From positions 1,536,001 to 1,600,000 of the forward strand of contig OY760183.1 in assembly GCA_963663275.1 (NCBI GenBank): a stretch of 64,000 nucleotides of DNA, given 5' to 3'. The notes under the pieces are model-generated. The model was not told where the DNA came from and did no database searches. It worked only from the letters and a program-made list of their open reading frames with translations. Origin of the DNA: Chloroflexota bacterium. GTDB lineage: Bacteria > Chloroflexota > UBA11872 > VXOZ01. The position numbers were made by a program, and so were the translations under genes. Below, piece by piece: positions 56,123 through 64,000 of this stretch (position 1 is its first letter; each line of letters starts with the position of its first letter).

Positions 56123-56254
56123 GAGCGCTTTGCGTAACTCTGACGAATACAGGCCATGTGCCCGGAACGGTGAAGTTCTCCCCCCTCACCCCGGCCCTCT
56201 CCCCAGGGAGAGGGTGACGTTTCGCCTGCCGGCGTGAGTTGCGCAAAGCGTATC
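56123..56254. mobile_element. Degenerate MITE-like element, copy 3
   Basis: GAGCGCTTTGCGTAAC ... CCCCTCACCCCGGCCCTCTCCCCAGGGAGAGGG ... CGCCTGCCGGC..AGTTGCGCAAAGCGTATC, similar to 4084-4134. Confidence 0.55.
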
Positions 56255-56286
56255 CCGCATGTGATACGGGATCTTCTCACAGGTGT

Positions 56287-57282
56287 CTACTTCGGGTCGA
56301 GCCACGGCATCATGGCGCGCAGGTTCTTGCCCACGGTTTCGATTTGGTGCGACTTATCCATTTCGCGGTAGGCGTTGAAGGCCGGGCGGCCGGCCATGTT
56401 CTCCAGGATCCACTCGCGGGCGAACTCGCCGTTCTGGATTTCGCGCAGGATGCCCTGCATCTTCTCACGCACGTGGTCGTCCACCACGCGGGGGCCGCGG
56501 CTGTAGTCGCCGTACTCGGCGGTTTCGCTCACCGAGTAGCGCATATAGTTGAGGCCGCCCTGGTAGAAGAGGTCCACGATGAGCTTGAGTTCGTGCATGC
56601 ACTCGAAGTAGGCGATTTCCGGCTGGTAGCCGGCTTCCACGAGCGTCTCGAACGCCATCTTGACCAGCGCGCTCACGCCGCCGCAGAGGACGGTCTGCTC
56701 GCCAAAGAGGTCGGTTTCCGTTTCCTCTTTGAAGGTCGTATTCAGCACACCGGCGCGGGTGCAGCCGATGCCGCGCGCGTAGGCCAGGGTCAGTTCGCGG
56801 GCGTTGCCGCTGGCGTCCTGCTGGATGGCGAGGAGGCCGGGCACGCCGTTGCCTTCCTCGAACGTGGCTCTCATGCGGTGTCCCGGCGCTTTCGGCGCGA
56901 CCATGCTCACGTCTACGACGGCGGGCGGGACGATCTGCTGGAAGTGGATGTTGAACCCATGCGCGAAGAGGAGCATCTGGCCGGCGCGCAGGTGCGGCGC
57001 GATGGCCTCCTGGTAGAGGCTGGGCTGCACGGTGTCGGGCGCGAGCATCATGATGAGGTCGGCCTGCTGCGCCACCGCTTCGGTGGTGCCGACGCCGAGC
57101 CCGTCGCTCTCCACTTTCGACCAGGAGCGGCTGCCTTCGTAGAGGCCCACCATGACGTTGCAGCCGCTGTCGCGCAGGTTCAGCGCGTGGGCGTGCCCCT
57201 GGCTGCCGTAGCCAATGATGCCGATCGTCTTGTCATTGAGCAGATCGATATTCGCGTCTTCGTCGTAGTAGACCTGAACCAC
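56287..57282 (-). CDS. ilvC: Ketol-acid reductoisomerase
   Basis: [38 protein letters not shown] and SETAEYG motifs. Confidence 0.97.
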   Translation of the reverse strand: MVQVYYDEDANIDLLNDKTIGIIGYGSQGHAHALNLRDSGCNVMVGLYEGSRSWSKVESDGLGVGTTEAVAQQADLIMMLAPDTVQPSLYQEAIAPHLRAGQMLLFAHGFNIHFQQIVPPAVVDVSMVAPKAPGHRMRATFEEGNGVPGLLAIQQDASGNARELTLAYARGIGCTRAGVLNTTFKEETETDLFGEQTVLCGGVSALVKMAFETLVEAGYQPEIAYFECMHELKLIVDLFYQGGLNYMRYSVSETAEYGDYSRGPRVVDDHVREKMQGILREIQNGEFAREWILENMAGRPAFNAYREMDKSHQIETVGKNLRAMMPWLDPK

Positions 57283-57383
57283 GGTTCCCTCTCTTCACTC
57301 TGCAAATGTGTCGTTACCTTAGAGGACGGATAGCCAACAGTGAAAGACAGAGTGCCGACCTCCGTCACACCCGAGTCCATTCC

Positions 57384-57453
57384 GTCATTCCGGCGAAAGC
57401 CGGAATCCATCTTTGCCGCGCGCACCCTGGATTCCGGCTTTCGCCGGAATGAC
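57384..57453. repeat. Palindromic element (family E)
   Basis: GTCATTCCGGCGAAAGCCGGAATCCA-N18-TGGATTCCGGCTTTCGCCGGAATGAC, with a half copy at about 21273-21298. Confidence 0.85.
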
Positions 57454-57760
57454 AGCAAAGAAGCCGGAGTGACGGTCGAGGAGTCTCATGCCTTTCTTCT
57501 TTGTTTTCCTGCTTGGCCTGGGCAAGGCCACGGTGATGGCTGTTCGAGAAACGGGCCACCTCTAAGCTATGAGGCGGCCCACGCCTGGCGCTCACCCTCA
57601 CCCTAACCCTCTCCCTCAGGGAGAGGGGATAATCTCGGAGCCGATTCACCAGCCAAAGCCATCAGCCAAGGCTAAGTATCTGCCGTTGCTATCAGTTGCA
57701 ACTGTCAGCCAAGGCTGTGTGCCTGGGCTAACTGGAAGCGCTTCCAGGCTATCGCATACG

Positions 57761-58282
57761 CTATGCGGCCGGGCCCTCGTGGGCCAGGACCGAGGGCGAC
57801 GGCATGGCGCGTCCGCGCACCATGGCGACCTCGCCGGTGCGGCTCAGTTCCAGGATGCCGTAGGGGCGGATGATCTCGACGAACGAGTCGATCTTATCCT
57901 CGTCTCCGGTAATCTCCAGAATGATGCTGCCGGGCGAGACGTCCACCACTTGCGCGCGGTAGACGTTGGCGAGTTGCAGAATCTCGGTGCGCTTCATCTC
58001 CGGCGCGGCGATCTTGGCCAGGGCCATTTCGCGCGAGACGTGGCGCTGCTCGGTGACGTCCGTCACCGCAACCACCTCGATCAGCTTCTCCAACTGCCGC
58101 GCCACCTGGATCGATTCCTTGTGGTCTTCCGCCACCACGATTGTCATGCGGGAGATGCCCGGCCGGTGCGAGTGGCCGACGGCCAGGCTCTCGATGTTGT
58201 AGCCGCGCTTGCGGAAGAGGCTGGCAATGCGGTTCAGGACGCCGGGATGGTCCTCGACGTCCGCGATGAGGACGTGTCTCAT
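57761..58282 (-). CDS. ilvN: Acetolactate synthase small (regulatory) subunit
   Basis: GVLNRIASLFRKRGYNIESL, QLEKLIEV, REMALAKI and ELSRTG motifs. Confidence 0.95.
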   Translation of the reverse strand: MRHVLIADVEDHPGVLNRIASLFRKRGYNIESLAVGHSHRPGISRMTIVVAEDHKESIQVARQLEKLIEVVAVTDVTEQRHVSREMALAKIAAPEMKRTEILQLANVYRAQVVDVSPGSIILEITGDEDKIDSFVEIIRPYGILELSRTGEVAMVRGRAMPSPSVLAHEGPAA

Positions 58283-59982
58283 GCGTACCTCGCTTCTTCC
58301 ACGGCGTCGCCTTCAATCGTCTCGGCCAGGCTGGAGCCGGCCGGCACCATGGGGTAGACTTTTTCCACTTCGTCCACCACCAGATCGAGCACCACCGGTC
58401 CGGGGATCTTCTCCGCCTCTTTCAGCACCTTGAGCACGTCGGCCTTGTTCGAGGCGCGCAGGCCCGGCAGGCCGTAGGCCTCGGCCAGCTTGACGAAGTC
58501 CGGGTTCTCCAGCTTGGCGCTGATGAAGCGGCTATCGTAGAAGAGCGTCTGCCACTGGCGAATCATGCCGAGGTGGTTGTTGTTGATGATGGCGATCTTC
58601 ACGTCCACGTTGTGCTCTTTGACGACCGCCAGGTCTTGCAGCGTCATCTGGAAGCCGCCGTCGCCGATGATGCACCACACCTGCTCGTTGGGGCGCGCGT
58701 ACTTGACGCCGATGGAGGCCGGGAAGGCGTAGCCCATCGCGCCGAGGCCGCCGGACGAGAAGAAGGTGTTGCGCCGGTCGTACCAGAAGTGCTGCGCGGC
58801 CCACATTTGCGCCTGGCCCACGTCCGTGACCACCACCGCCTCGCCGTTGGTGATGTGGTAGATCTGGCGAATGACCCACTGGGGCAGGACGATGTCGGTC
58901 TCGCGGATGGCGAGGCTGGGATGCTCCTCGCGCCACTCGCGGATCTGATTGACCCACGGCGAGTGGTCAAGCTGGTCGATTTCGTCGATCATGGCGCGGA
59001 TGGTGGGCTTCAGGTCGGCCACGATGCCCACGTCGGTGGCCACGTTCTTGCCGATTTCCGCCGGGTCGATGTCCACGTGGATGATGCGCGCGCTGGTGGC
59101 GAAGTCTTCCAGCCGCCCGGTCACGCGGTCGTCGAAGCGCATGCCCAGGGAGATGAGCAGGTCGGCGCGGTCTACGGCCCAGTTGGCGTAGAGATTGCCG
59201 TGCATGCCCACCATGCCGAACGAGAGTTCATGGCTCTCCGGGAAGGACGAAACGCCGTGGAGCGTGGTGATGACGGGTATGTTCGCCTTCTCCGCGAACG
59301 CCAGCAGTTCGTCATACGCGCCGGAATAGTGGATGCCGTGGCCGGCCAGGATGATCGGCTTCTCAGCGCCGTGAATCACCTCCGCGGCGGCGCGCACGAG
59401 CGTGGGGTCGGGCTGGGTGCCTTCCTCCGGGTTGTAGCCGGGGATGTTGGGCGGCGGAAAGCCGTCGAACTCGACCTCTTCCAGGTAGACGTCCTTGGGC
59501 ACGTCCACCTGCACCGGCCCCTTGCGGCCGGTGTTGGCGATGTAGAAGGCCTCTTCCATCACGCGGGGGAGTTCCTCGGCGTTCATCACCAGCCAGTTGT
59601 GCTTGGTGACGGGCAGCATGACGCCGGTGGCGTCGGTTTCCTGAAAGCCGTCGGTGCCCAGCAGGTTGCGCGGCACCTGGCCGGTGAGGGCCACCACGGG
59701 CACGGAATCCATGTGGGCGCCGGCAATGCCGGTGACGAGATTGGTGACGCCCGGGCCGCTGGTGGCGATGCAGACGCCCACGTCGCCGCTGGCGCGGGCG
59801 TAGCCGTCGGCGGCAAAGGCCGCGCCTTGCTCGTGGCGCACCAGGATGTGGTTGAGCCGGTCCTGGTAATGATAGAGGGCGTCGTAGAGGGGCAGGCACG
59901 CGCCGCCGGGATACCCGAATACGGTGTGCACGCCGTGCGCCACCAAGCTATCCAAGATGATCTGTGCTCCGGTCCGTTTCAT
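58279..59982 (-). CDS. ilvB: Acetolactate synthase large subunit (biosynthetic)
   Basis: FGYPGG, RHEQGA, TSGPG, RFDDRVTG, SGGLGAMG, GDGGFQM and GMIRQWQ motifs. SD AAGGTAGGGAG before ATG 59982. Confidence 0.96.
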   Translation of the reverse strand: MKRTGAQIILDSLVAHGVHTVFGYPGGACLPLYDALYHYQDRLNHILVRHEQGAAFAADGYARASGDVGVCIATSGPGVTNLVTGIAGAHMDSVPVVALTGQVPRNLLGTDGFQETDATGVMLPVTKHNWLVMNAEELPRVMEEAFYIANTGRKGPVQVDVPKDVYLEEVEFDGFPPPNIPGYNPEEGTQPDPTLVRAAAEVIHGAEKPIILAGHGIHYSGAYDELLAFAEKANIPVITTLHGVSSFPESHELSFGMVGMHGNLYANWAVDRADLLISLGMRFDDRVTGRLEDFATSARIIHVDIDPAEIGKNVATDVGIVADLKPTIRAMIDEIDQLDHSPWVNQIREWREEHPSLAIRETDIVLPQWVIRQIYHITNGEAVVVTDVGQAQMWAAQHFWYDRRNTFFSSGGLGAMGYAFPASIGVKYARPNEQVWCIIGDGGFQMTLQDLAVVKEHNVDVKIAIINNNHLGMIRQWQTLFYDSRFISAKLENPDFVKLAEAYGLPGLRASNKADVLKVLKEAEKIPGPVVLDLVVDEVEKVYPMVPAGSSLAETIEGDAVEEARYA

Positions 59983-60263
59983 CTGCTCCCTACCTTCTCC
60001 TTCACTTGAGCGAAATCTCGCCATTGCTATGCAGTGTACTACGTTGGGCGGCGGCGCGCCCGCCACGGGCGTGGAACGCCGCGTCTTCTTGCCTCATGCC
60101 TCCGCTATCGCCGCTGTGCCGATCCACTTCATGATACTCGTCACACCGGCCGTTGTTAAGGGATTGCCCGCACGGCCCGCAATTGGCCCTTCGACACGCT
60201 CAGGGCTTGCCCCGTACGCGATACGGGGGCGAACGGCGCTCATGCGCGCAACCTGAAGTCTCC

Positions 60264-60608
60264 TCATGCTACGGCAATGCCAAACTTGGCCAACACCCGC
60301 CGCACGACGAAATAGAGCGCCACCAGCGTCCAGCCCAGCGCGAACTCCGCGGCCAAGAGGAACGGGCTCGCGCGCCATAGCTGCGCCAGCGTGCGCTCGG
60401 CGGCTGGCCAACTACCCTCTACCATACCAGTAATCAGCGCGATGGGGATGCCCAAGAGCACGAGGGCGAGCACGCCCAAGACGAGAATCGCCCCGGAGAG
60501 CGCCAGCGCGCCCAGCAGCAGCGCTCGCTTGCTCCAGCGATAGGCCGCGGTGTCCGGCTCGGTCTCGATTTGCAGGTCTACGGAAGATTCCGGAATGGCG
60601 TCGAACAT
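60264..60608 (-). CDS. Hypothetical two-TM membrane protein
   Basis: 114-aa ORF with two long hydrophobic segments, located between the attenuator and ilvB. Confidence 0.65.
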   Translation of the reverse strand: MFDAIPESSVDLQIETEPDTAAYRWSKRALLLGALALSGAILVLGVLALVLLGIPIALITGMVEGSWPAAERTLAQLWRASPFLLAAEFALGWTLVALYFVVRRVLAKFGIAVA

Positions 60609-60645
60609 CGTGTCTGCTGCCTGGCTGCGCCTGAGGCGCGTCTAC

Positions 60646-60680
60646 AAAAAAACCCGTCCCTTTCGCGTGGGGACGGGCAT
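60646..60680 (-). terminator. Attenuator terminator of the ilv leader
   Basis: Minus strand ATGCCCGTCCC-cacgcgaaa-GGGACGGGT-TTTTTT. Confidence 0.88.
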
Positions 60681-60868
60681 CCGCAATCTCAACTGCAATA
60701 CGTACAGTATGTTTCGTTCTCTAGCCGCCTGCGCGCCGTCCGCGCCGGAATGCCTGTGCGAACTGTCCGGCGAGATGAATTCCGGTTGCGCGTCGCGCCG
60801 CTATGCGTGGCGCTGGGGATGCTGCCGTCCCGCTGGTGGTGGTGTGAGTGTTATCATTCTTGCGCCGC

Positions 60869-60964
60869 CTAGGCGGCTACAAGAATCATCAACACGAGCG
60901 GCCACAATTCAGGCGTGTGGCCGCCGCGTAGCGCGAGGTTTCGGCTGTCCGCAGCGCGGTTCAT
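60869..60964 (-). CDS. ilv operon leader peptide MNRAADSRNLALRGGHTPELWPLVLMILVAA
   Basis: Leu/Val/Ile control codons (LVLMILV) just before the stop. These codons pair with the downstream CAAGAATGATAACAC. Lies between the promoter and the terminator. Confidence 0.75.
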   Translation of the reverse strand: MNRAADSRNLALRGGHTPELWPLVLMILVAA

Positions 60965-61020
60965 AGTCGCGTTTCTTGCCTCTACCGTTTCACGTGCTTC
61001 GACTCTCTGTGCGTACGTTA

Positions 61021-61048
61021 AGTATAGCGAATTCGGCGGCGGCGTCAA
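61021..61048 (-). promoter_or_regulatory. Sigma70 promoter of the ilv leader
   Basis: Minus strand TTGACG-N16-TATACT. Confidence 0.7.
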
Positions 61049-61243
61049 GTGCGCCGGACGGAAGTAGTTGACAACAATTCGCAGATTCTGGTAGCTTTTG
61101 ACGTAGGCGGCGAGCGTTGTTCGCTTCGCCGGTAGGCGCGCCCCATTGCTTCTCAGCGAGGATCGAGCGGCGGGAGCGCGTGCCTTCACTCAATACGCAA
61201 CCACACCGCAAGCGCGCGCCGCGTTTGGAAAGAGGATTACATA

Positions 61244-61690
61244 ATGATGACTATTCCCGGTCGGCCGGATCTGACGATCGTGCCCACGCTGGAGGGCGGC
61301 CAGGAAATCTTGCAGATGAAGGCGGGCTTCCTCTTCGTGTGCGAGGGCTGCTGCTGCGGCAATGGGCACTCCTTCCCCAGACTCGAGAAAGCGCACTACC
61401 TGCGCGAAGCGCGCCGCCGGGGCATCTCGGAACACGTGAGCATCGTCTTCACGGCCGATGACGGCGGCGGCTGCCTGGGCCCGTGCGGGCTTGGGAACAA
61501 CGTCTTCCTCTACCTCTACGGCAGCGGTCTGTGGTTCCAACGCATGAACGCCAAGGCGGACATCGACGCGCTGTTCAGCTACCTGGAAGAGAGTATCGAA
61601 CTCAGGCAGCCGGCGCCGGTTGAGGGCAGCCTGGCCCAGCGGGTCTACACCCGGGTGCACAACGAGCGGATTCCGGTCGCCGCGACGTAA
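61244..61690 (+). CDS. Thioredoxin-like (2Fe-2S) ferredoxin-domain protein
   Basis: FVCEGCCCG ... GGCLGPC..GNNV ... WF motif. SD AGAGGA. Confidence 0.7.
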   Translation: MMTIPGRPDLTIVPTLEGGQEILQMKAGFLFVCEGCCCGNGHSFPRLEKAHYLREARRRGISEHVSIVFTADDGGGCLGPCGLGNNVFLYLYGSGLWFQRMNAKADIDALFSYLEESIELRQPAPVEGSLAQRVYTRVHNERIPVAAT

Positions 61691-61711
61691 AGCGCGCCGG
61701 CCGCTACGCGC

Positions 61712-62104
61712 CTAGCCTGCGTTCGGATCCGGCTGCATCATGCCGAAGATGTTGCTTTCGGTATCCTTGGCGTACGCCACCCAGCCGACGCCCGGCACGG
61801 CGCCTTTGGGTACGGCAATCACGCCGCCGGCCGCGGTGATATTCTCGAGGGTCTCGTCGAGGTCCGTGACTTGGATGACGCAGGCGTAGCAGTTGACGGC
61901 GGCGCCTTCTTCAGGCGGGTCGCCGCGCCGCCGCCCCAGGCCGCCGTCGATGCCGGGCTCGTCTGCGGGGCCGGTGGTGATGAGCCAGTATTCCGCGTCG
62001 CTGCCTTCCCACTTGTCGAATTTCCAGCCAAACACGCCGGCGTAGAAGCCGATGGCCCGCTCCGGATCGGCGGCTTGGATTTCGAAGTGTATGATGCGTG
62101 ACAT
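61712..62104 (-). CDS. VOC/glyoxalase family protein
   Basis: IIHFEI, FYAGVFGW, GIDGG, VPGVGWVAY and DTESNIFG motifs. Confidence 0.92.
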   Translation of the reverse strand: MSRIIHFEIQAADPERAIGFYAGVFGWKFDKWEGSDAEYWLITTGPADEPGIDGGLGRRRGDPPEEGAAVNCYACVIQVTDLDETLENITAAGGVIAVPKGAVPGVGWVAYAKDTESNIFGMMQPDPNAG

Positions 62105-62144
62105 GGCGCAATCCTTTCATGCCGCAACGTGACGACGGCGTGTG

Positions 62145-62591
62145 CTATAGGGCGGTTGCGGGGCGATAGTTGCCAAAACTCCACTCGTAGCCTTCCGGGT
62201 CGCGGACGCGGTAACGGCGCGTGCCCCACCCGGTGTCTTCCGGCGGGAAGACGATTTCCGCGCCGGCTGCCTGATCCTGCCGATAATGGGCGTCCACGTC
62301 TTCGACGTACACGTAGATGCCGTGCTCCAACTCCCCCCTTGCGCCGGCCTCCGCCGGTTGTGGAGTAGTGGACGTGCCCAGCATGATCGCGCCGTTGCCA
62401 CAGGTCATTTCGGCGTGCATTATGGTTCCCTCGTCGTCCTGGAACGCGGCGGTCTTCACGAAGCCGAAGGCTTCCGCCAGCCAGTCCAGGGCCGCGGCGG
62501 CGTCGCGGTAGCTCAAGTAGGGGTAGAGTGCCGGTGGGGCAGCGCCCGCTTCCGGTTGCAATTGCCGTCTAGTCCTTTCCAATCTTCTCAA
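62145..62591 (-). CDS. VOC/glyoxalase family protein (PhnB-like)
   Basis: PYLSYRDAAAALDWL..AFGF, HAEM, WGTR.Y and RDPEGYEWSFG motifs. The start is uncertain. Confidence 0.9.
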   Translation of the reverse strand: MRRLERTRRQLQPEAGAAPPALYPYLSYRDAAAALDWLAEAFGFVKTAAFQDDEGTIMHAEMTCGNGAIMLGTSTTPQPAEAGARGELEHGIYVYVEDVDAHYRQDQAAGAEIVFPPEDTGWGTRRYRVRDPEGYEWSFGNYRPATAL

Positions 62592-62952
62592 GCTCCAACG
62601 TGTAGCCGTTGGGCGTCTTGACCTGCATTTCCCACGAGTCCATTGCTTCCCAAAACTGCCGGGGATGGGAATACTCGATGCCGTGCGCTTCGCAGACGGC
62701 GATGACCGCGCGGAAACTGGCCGTTTCCATCTGCCAGACGAAAGTGTCTACAATCTTCTCCGGGTCGAAGCCGGCGCGTTCTTTCAGGCCGAATTCGACT
62801 CCGCCGTTGCGCAAGCCGACGAATCCGGGAAACTCGTTCCCCTGATACGAAATCTCAAAGCCCAGGGTCAGGTAGAAGGCTACTTCCCGGTCTAAGTCGC
62901 CGACGTAGAGAATCGGAACGAGGCGGTTGAAATGGGGTTTCTCGGCGGGCAT
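62569..62952 (-). CDS. VOC/bleomycin-resistance family protein
   Basis: LVPILYVGDL....AFY..LGF and TPNGYTLE motifs. Confidence 0.8.
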   Translation of the reverse strand: MPAEKPHFNRLVPILYVGDLDREVAFYLTLGFEISYQGNEFPGFVGLRNGGVEFGLKERAGFDPEKIVDTFVWQMETASFRAVIAVCEAHGIEYSHPRQFWEAMDSWEMQVKTPNGYTLELEKIGKD

Positions 62953-63031
62953 GGCCGTTCTCCATGACCGGAGGGACGCCGCGACGGGGACGTGAAGCAG
63001 GTCAGCGCGCGGCTGTGGGAATCAAGGCAAC

Positions 63032-63123
63032 TGGCGGAGAGGGTGGGATTCGAACCCACGACGCCCTTTTGGGGGCGTAATCGTTTTCGAGACGATCTCC
63101 TTCAACCACTCGGACACCTCTCC
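63032..63123 (-). tRNA. tRNA-Ser(CGA)
   Basis: GGAGAGG acceptor stem, anticodon arm ATCGT-CTCGAAA-ACGAT, long variable arm, GGTTCGAATCC T-loop, G discriminator and encoded CCA. Confidence 0.97.
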
Positions 63124-63293
63124 CAGGGTTGATAGTTAATACGATAGCGAAACCGGGCGCGCGGCACAACCCGCCAGGCGTAAAGGGGGGTTGCCGCTTG
63201 CCTGGATTCTGTGGATATGCTGATGGGATTCTGCCGAGCGGTTTGGAGGTGGGCTGTAGCGAGGCAGGATTCCCCTCACCCCGGCCCTCTCCC

Positions 63294-64000
63294 TGTAGAG
63301 CCCGGGGACATAGGTAACACATTTTCAGGGACATAGGTTACACCATAAGGCATGGGAATTCGTCACTAGAGGAGGACGACCATGTCGTGGAAAGTGAGTA
63401 CACCTATGTCTGAGCGGGAAGAGTTTATAGCCGTGATGCTGACGGGTGAGGTGAGCATGAGCGCACTGTGCAAGCGTATGGGCATCAGCCGCAAGACCGG
63501 CTACAAGTGGCGCACGCGCTACAGGCAGGGCGGGATGGAGAACCTGGGGGACCGGTCGCGGCGTCCGCACACCAGCCCACAGCGCACGCGTCCAGAGATG
63601 GAGCGGCACATCATCGCCTTGCGCCTGGCACATCCGGGGAAGGGCGCGGACGCGCTGGGCCGGATGCTGCGGAACCGCGGCTACGCCGACGTGCCCGCCA
63701 GGAGCACCATCAACGCCATTCTCAAGCGCCACGGGTTGATCGACCCGGCCGAGAGCGCCAAGCGCATGCCCTTCATTCGCTTTGAGCGCCCGCTGCCCAA
63801 CGAACTCTGGCAGATGGACTTCAAGGGGCATTTCGCCATGTCTCGCGACCGCTGCCATCCGCTCACCGTGCTCGACGACCATTCCCGCTACAACCTGGCT
63901 GTGGAGGCCTGCGCCGACGAGCGGGGTCAGACCGTCCAGGAGCGCCTCACCCGCGTCTTTCGGCGCTACGGCCTGCCTGCGGCCATGCTCATGGACAACG
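63294..64000 (+). mobile_element. IS481-family insertion sequence (left end, truncated by the window)
   Basis: 5'-TGT end at 63294; subterminal direct repeats GGGACATAGGT(A/T)ACAC at 63305-63320 and 63328-63343; transposase downstream. Confidence 0.88.
63382..64000 (+). CDS. IS481-family transposase (partial; not in the ORF track because it runs off the window)
   Basis: SD GAGGAGG. Translation MSWKVSTPMSEREEF...GISRKTGYKW...DRSRRPH...PNELWQMDFKG...LDDHSRY...MDN (HTH + DDE/rve). Confidence 0.93.
   Translation, partial: MSWKVSTPMSEREEFIAVMLTGEVSMSALCKRMGISRKTGYKWRTRYRQGGMENLGDRSRRPHTSPQRTRPEMERHIIALRLAHPGKGADALGRMLRNRGYADVPARSTINAILKRHGLIDPAESAKRMPFIRFERPLPNELWQMDFKGHFAMSRDRCHPLTVLDDHSRYNLAVEACADERGQTVQERLTRVFRRYGLPAAMLMDN

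Noticed and set aside
61690-63032. tRNA-anchored integrated island
   Set aside because: I found no duplicated tRNA 3' end (att site) and no integrase in the window.
63032-63123. tRNA-Sec, considered because selA is present
   Set aside because: The anticodon is CGA and the acceptor stem is 7 bp, so this is an ordinary tRNA-Ser.

Overview
A GC-rich bacterial chromosome segment. The gene content and repeat load suggest Chloroflexota, possibly host- or sponge-associated, but this is inference only. Housekeeping genes: glnA, moaA, selA, apgM, ktrBA, nth, frameshifted prfB, mobB, ilvB-ilvN-ilvC-leuA and tRNA-Ser(CGA). Catabolic genes: two sulfatases, a Tat lipoprotein SBP, a Gfo/Idh/MocA oxidoreductase, a three-subunit Mo hydroxylase, DUF3604 and a GHL6-like hydrolase. 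A 7-gene carbohydrate-uptake-like operon at 23.1-34.7 kb encodes a giant SBP, an NHL-TPR-Yip1 fusion, a DUF5696-like protein and four permeases. Intergenic DNA carries several REP/MITE-like families, and an IS481 element is cut off by the window end. The best unexplained signals are: (1) a stand-alone unit at 49.24-49.62 kb with a promoter, a 22-codon ORF, a structured RNA containing a hammerhead-like core, and a terminator; (2) the giant-SBP operon with extra membrane helices; (3) a lower-GC two-gene toxin-antitoxin-like pair at 51.3-52.2 kb; (4) an ilv leader-peptide attenuator with a long-range antiterminator and an unknown membrane gene as first cistron; (5) a 4xCache lipoprotein with no output domain; (6) two paralogous small TM/coiled-coil proteins. 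All family assignments come from motif recognition by eye; no database searches were run.
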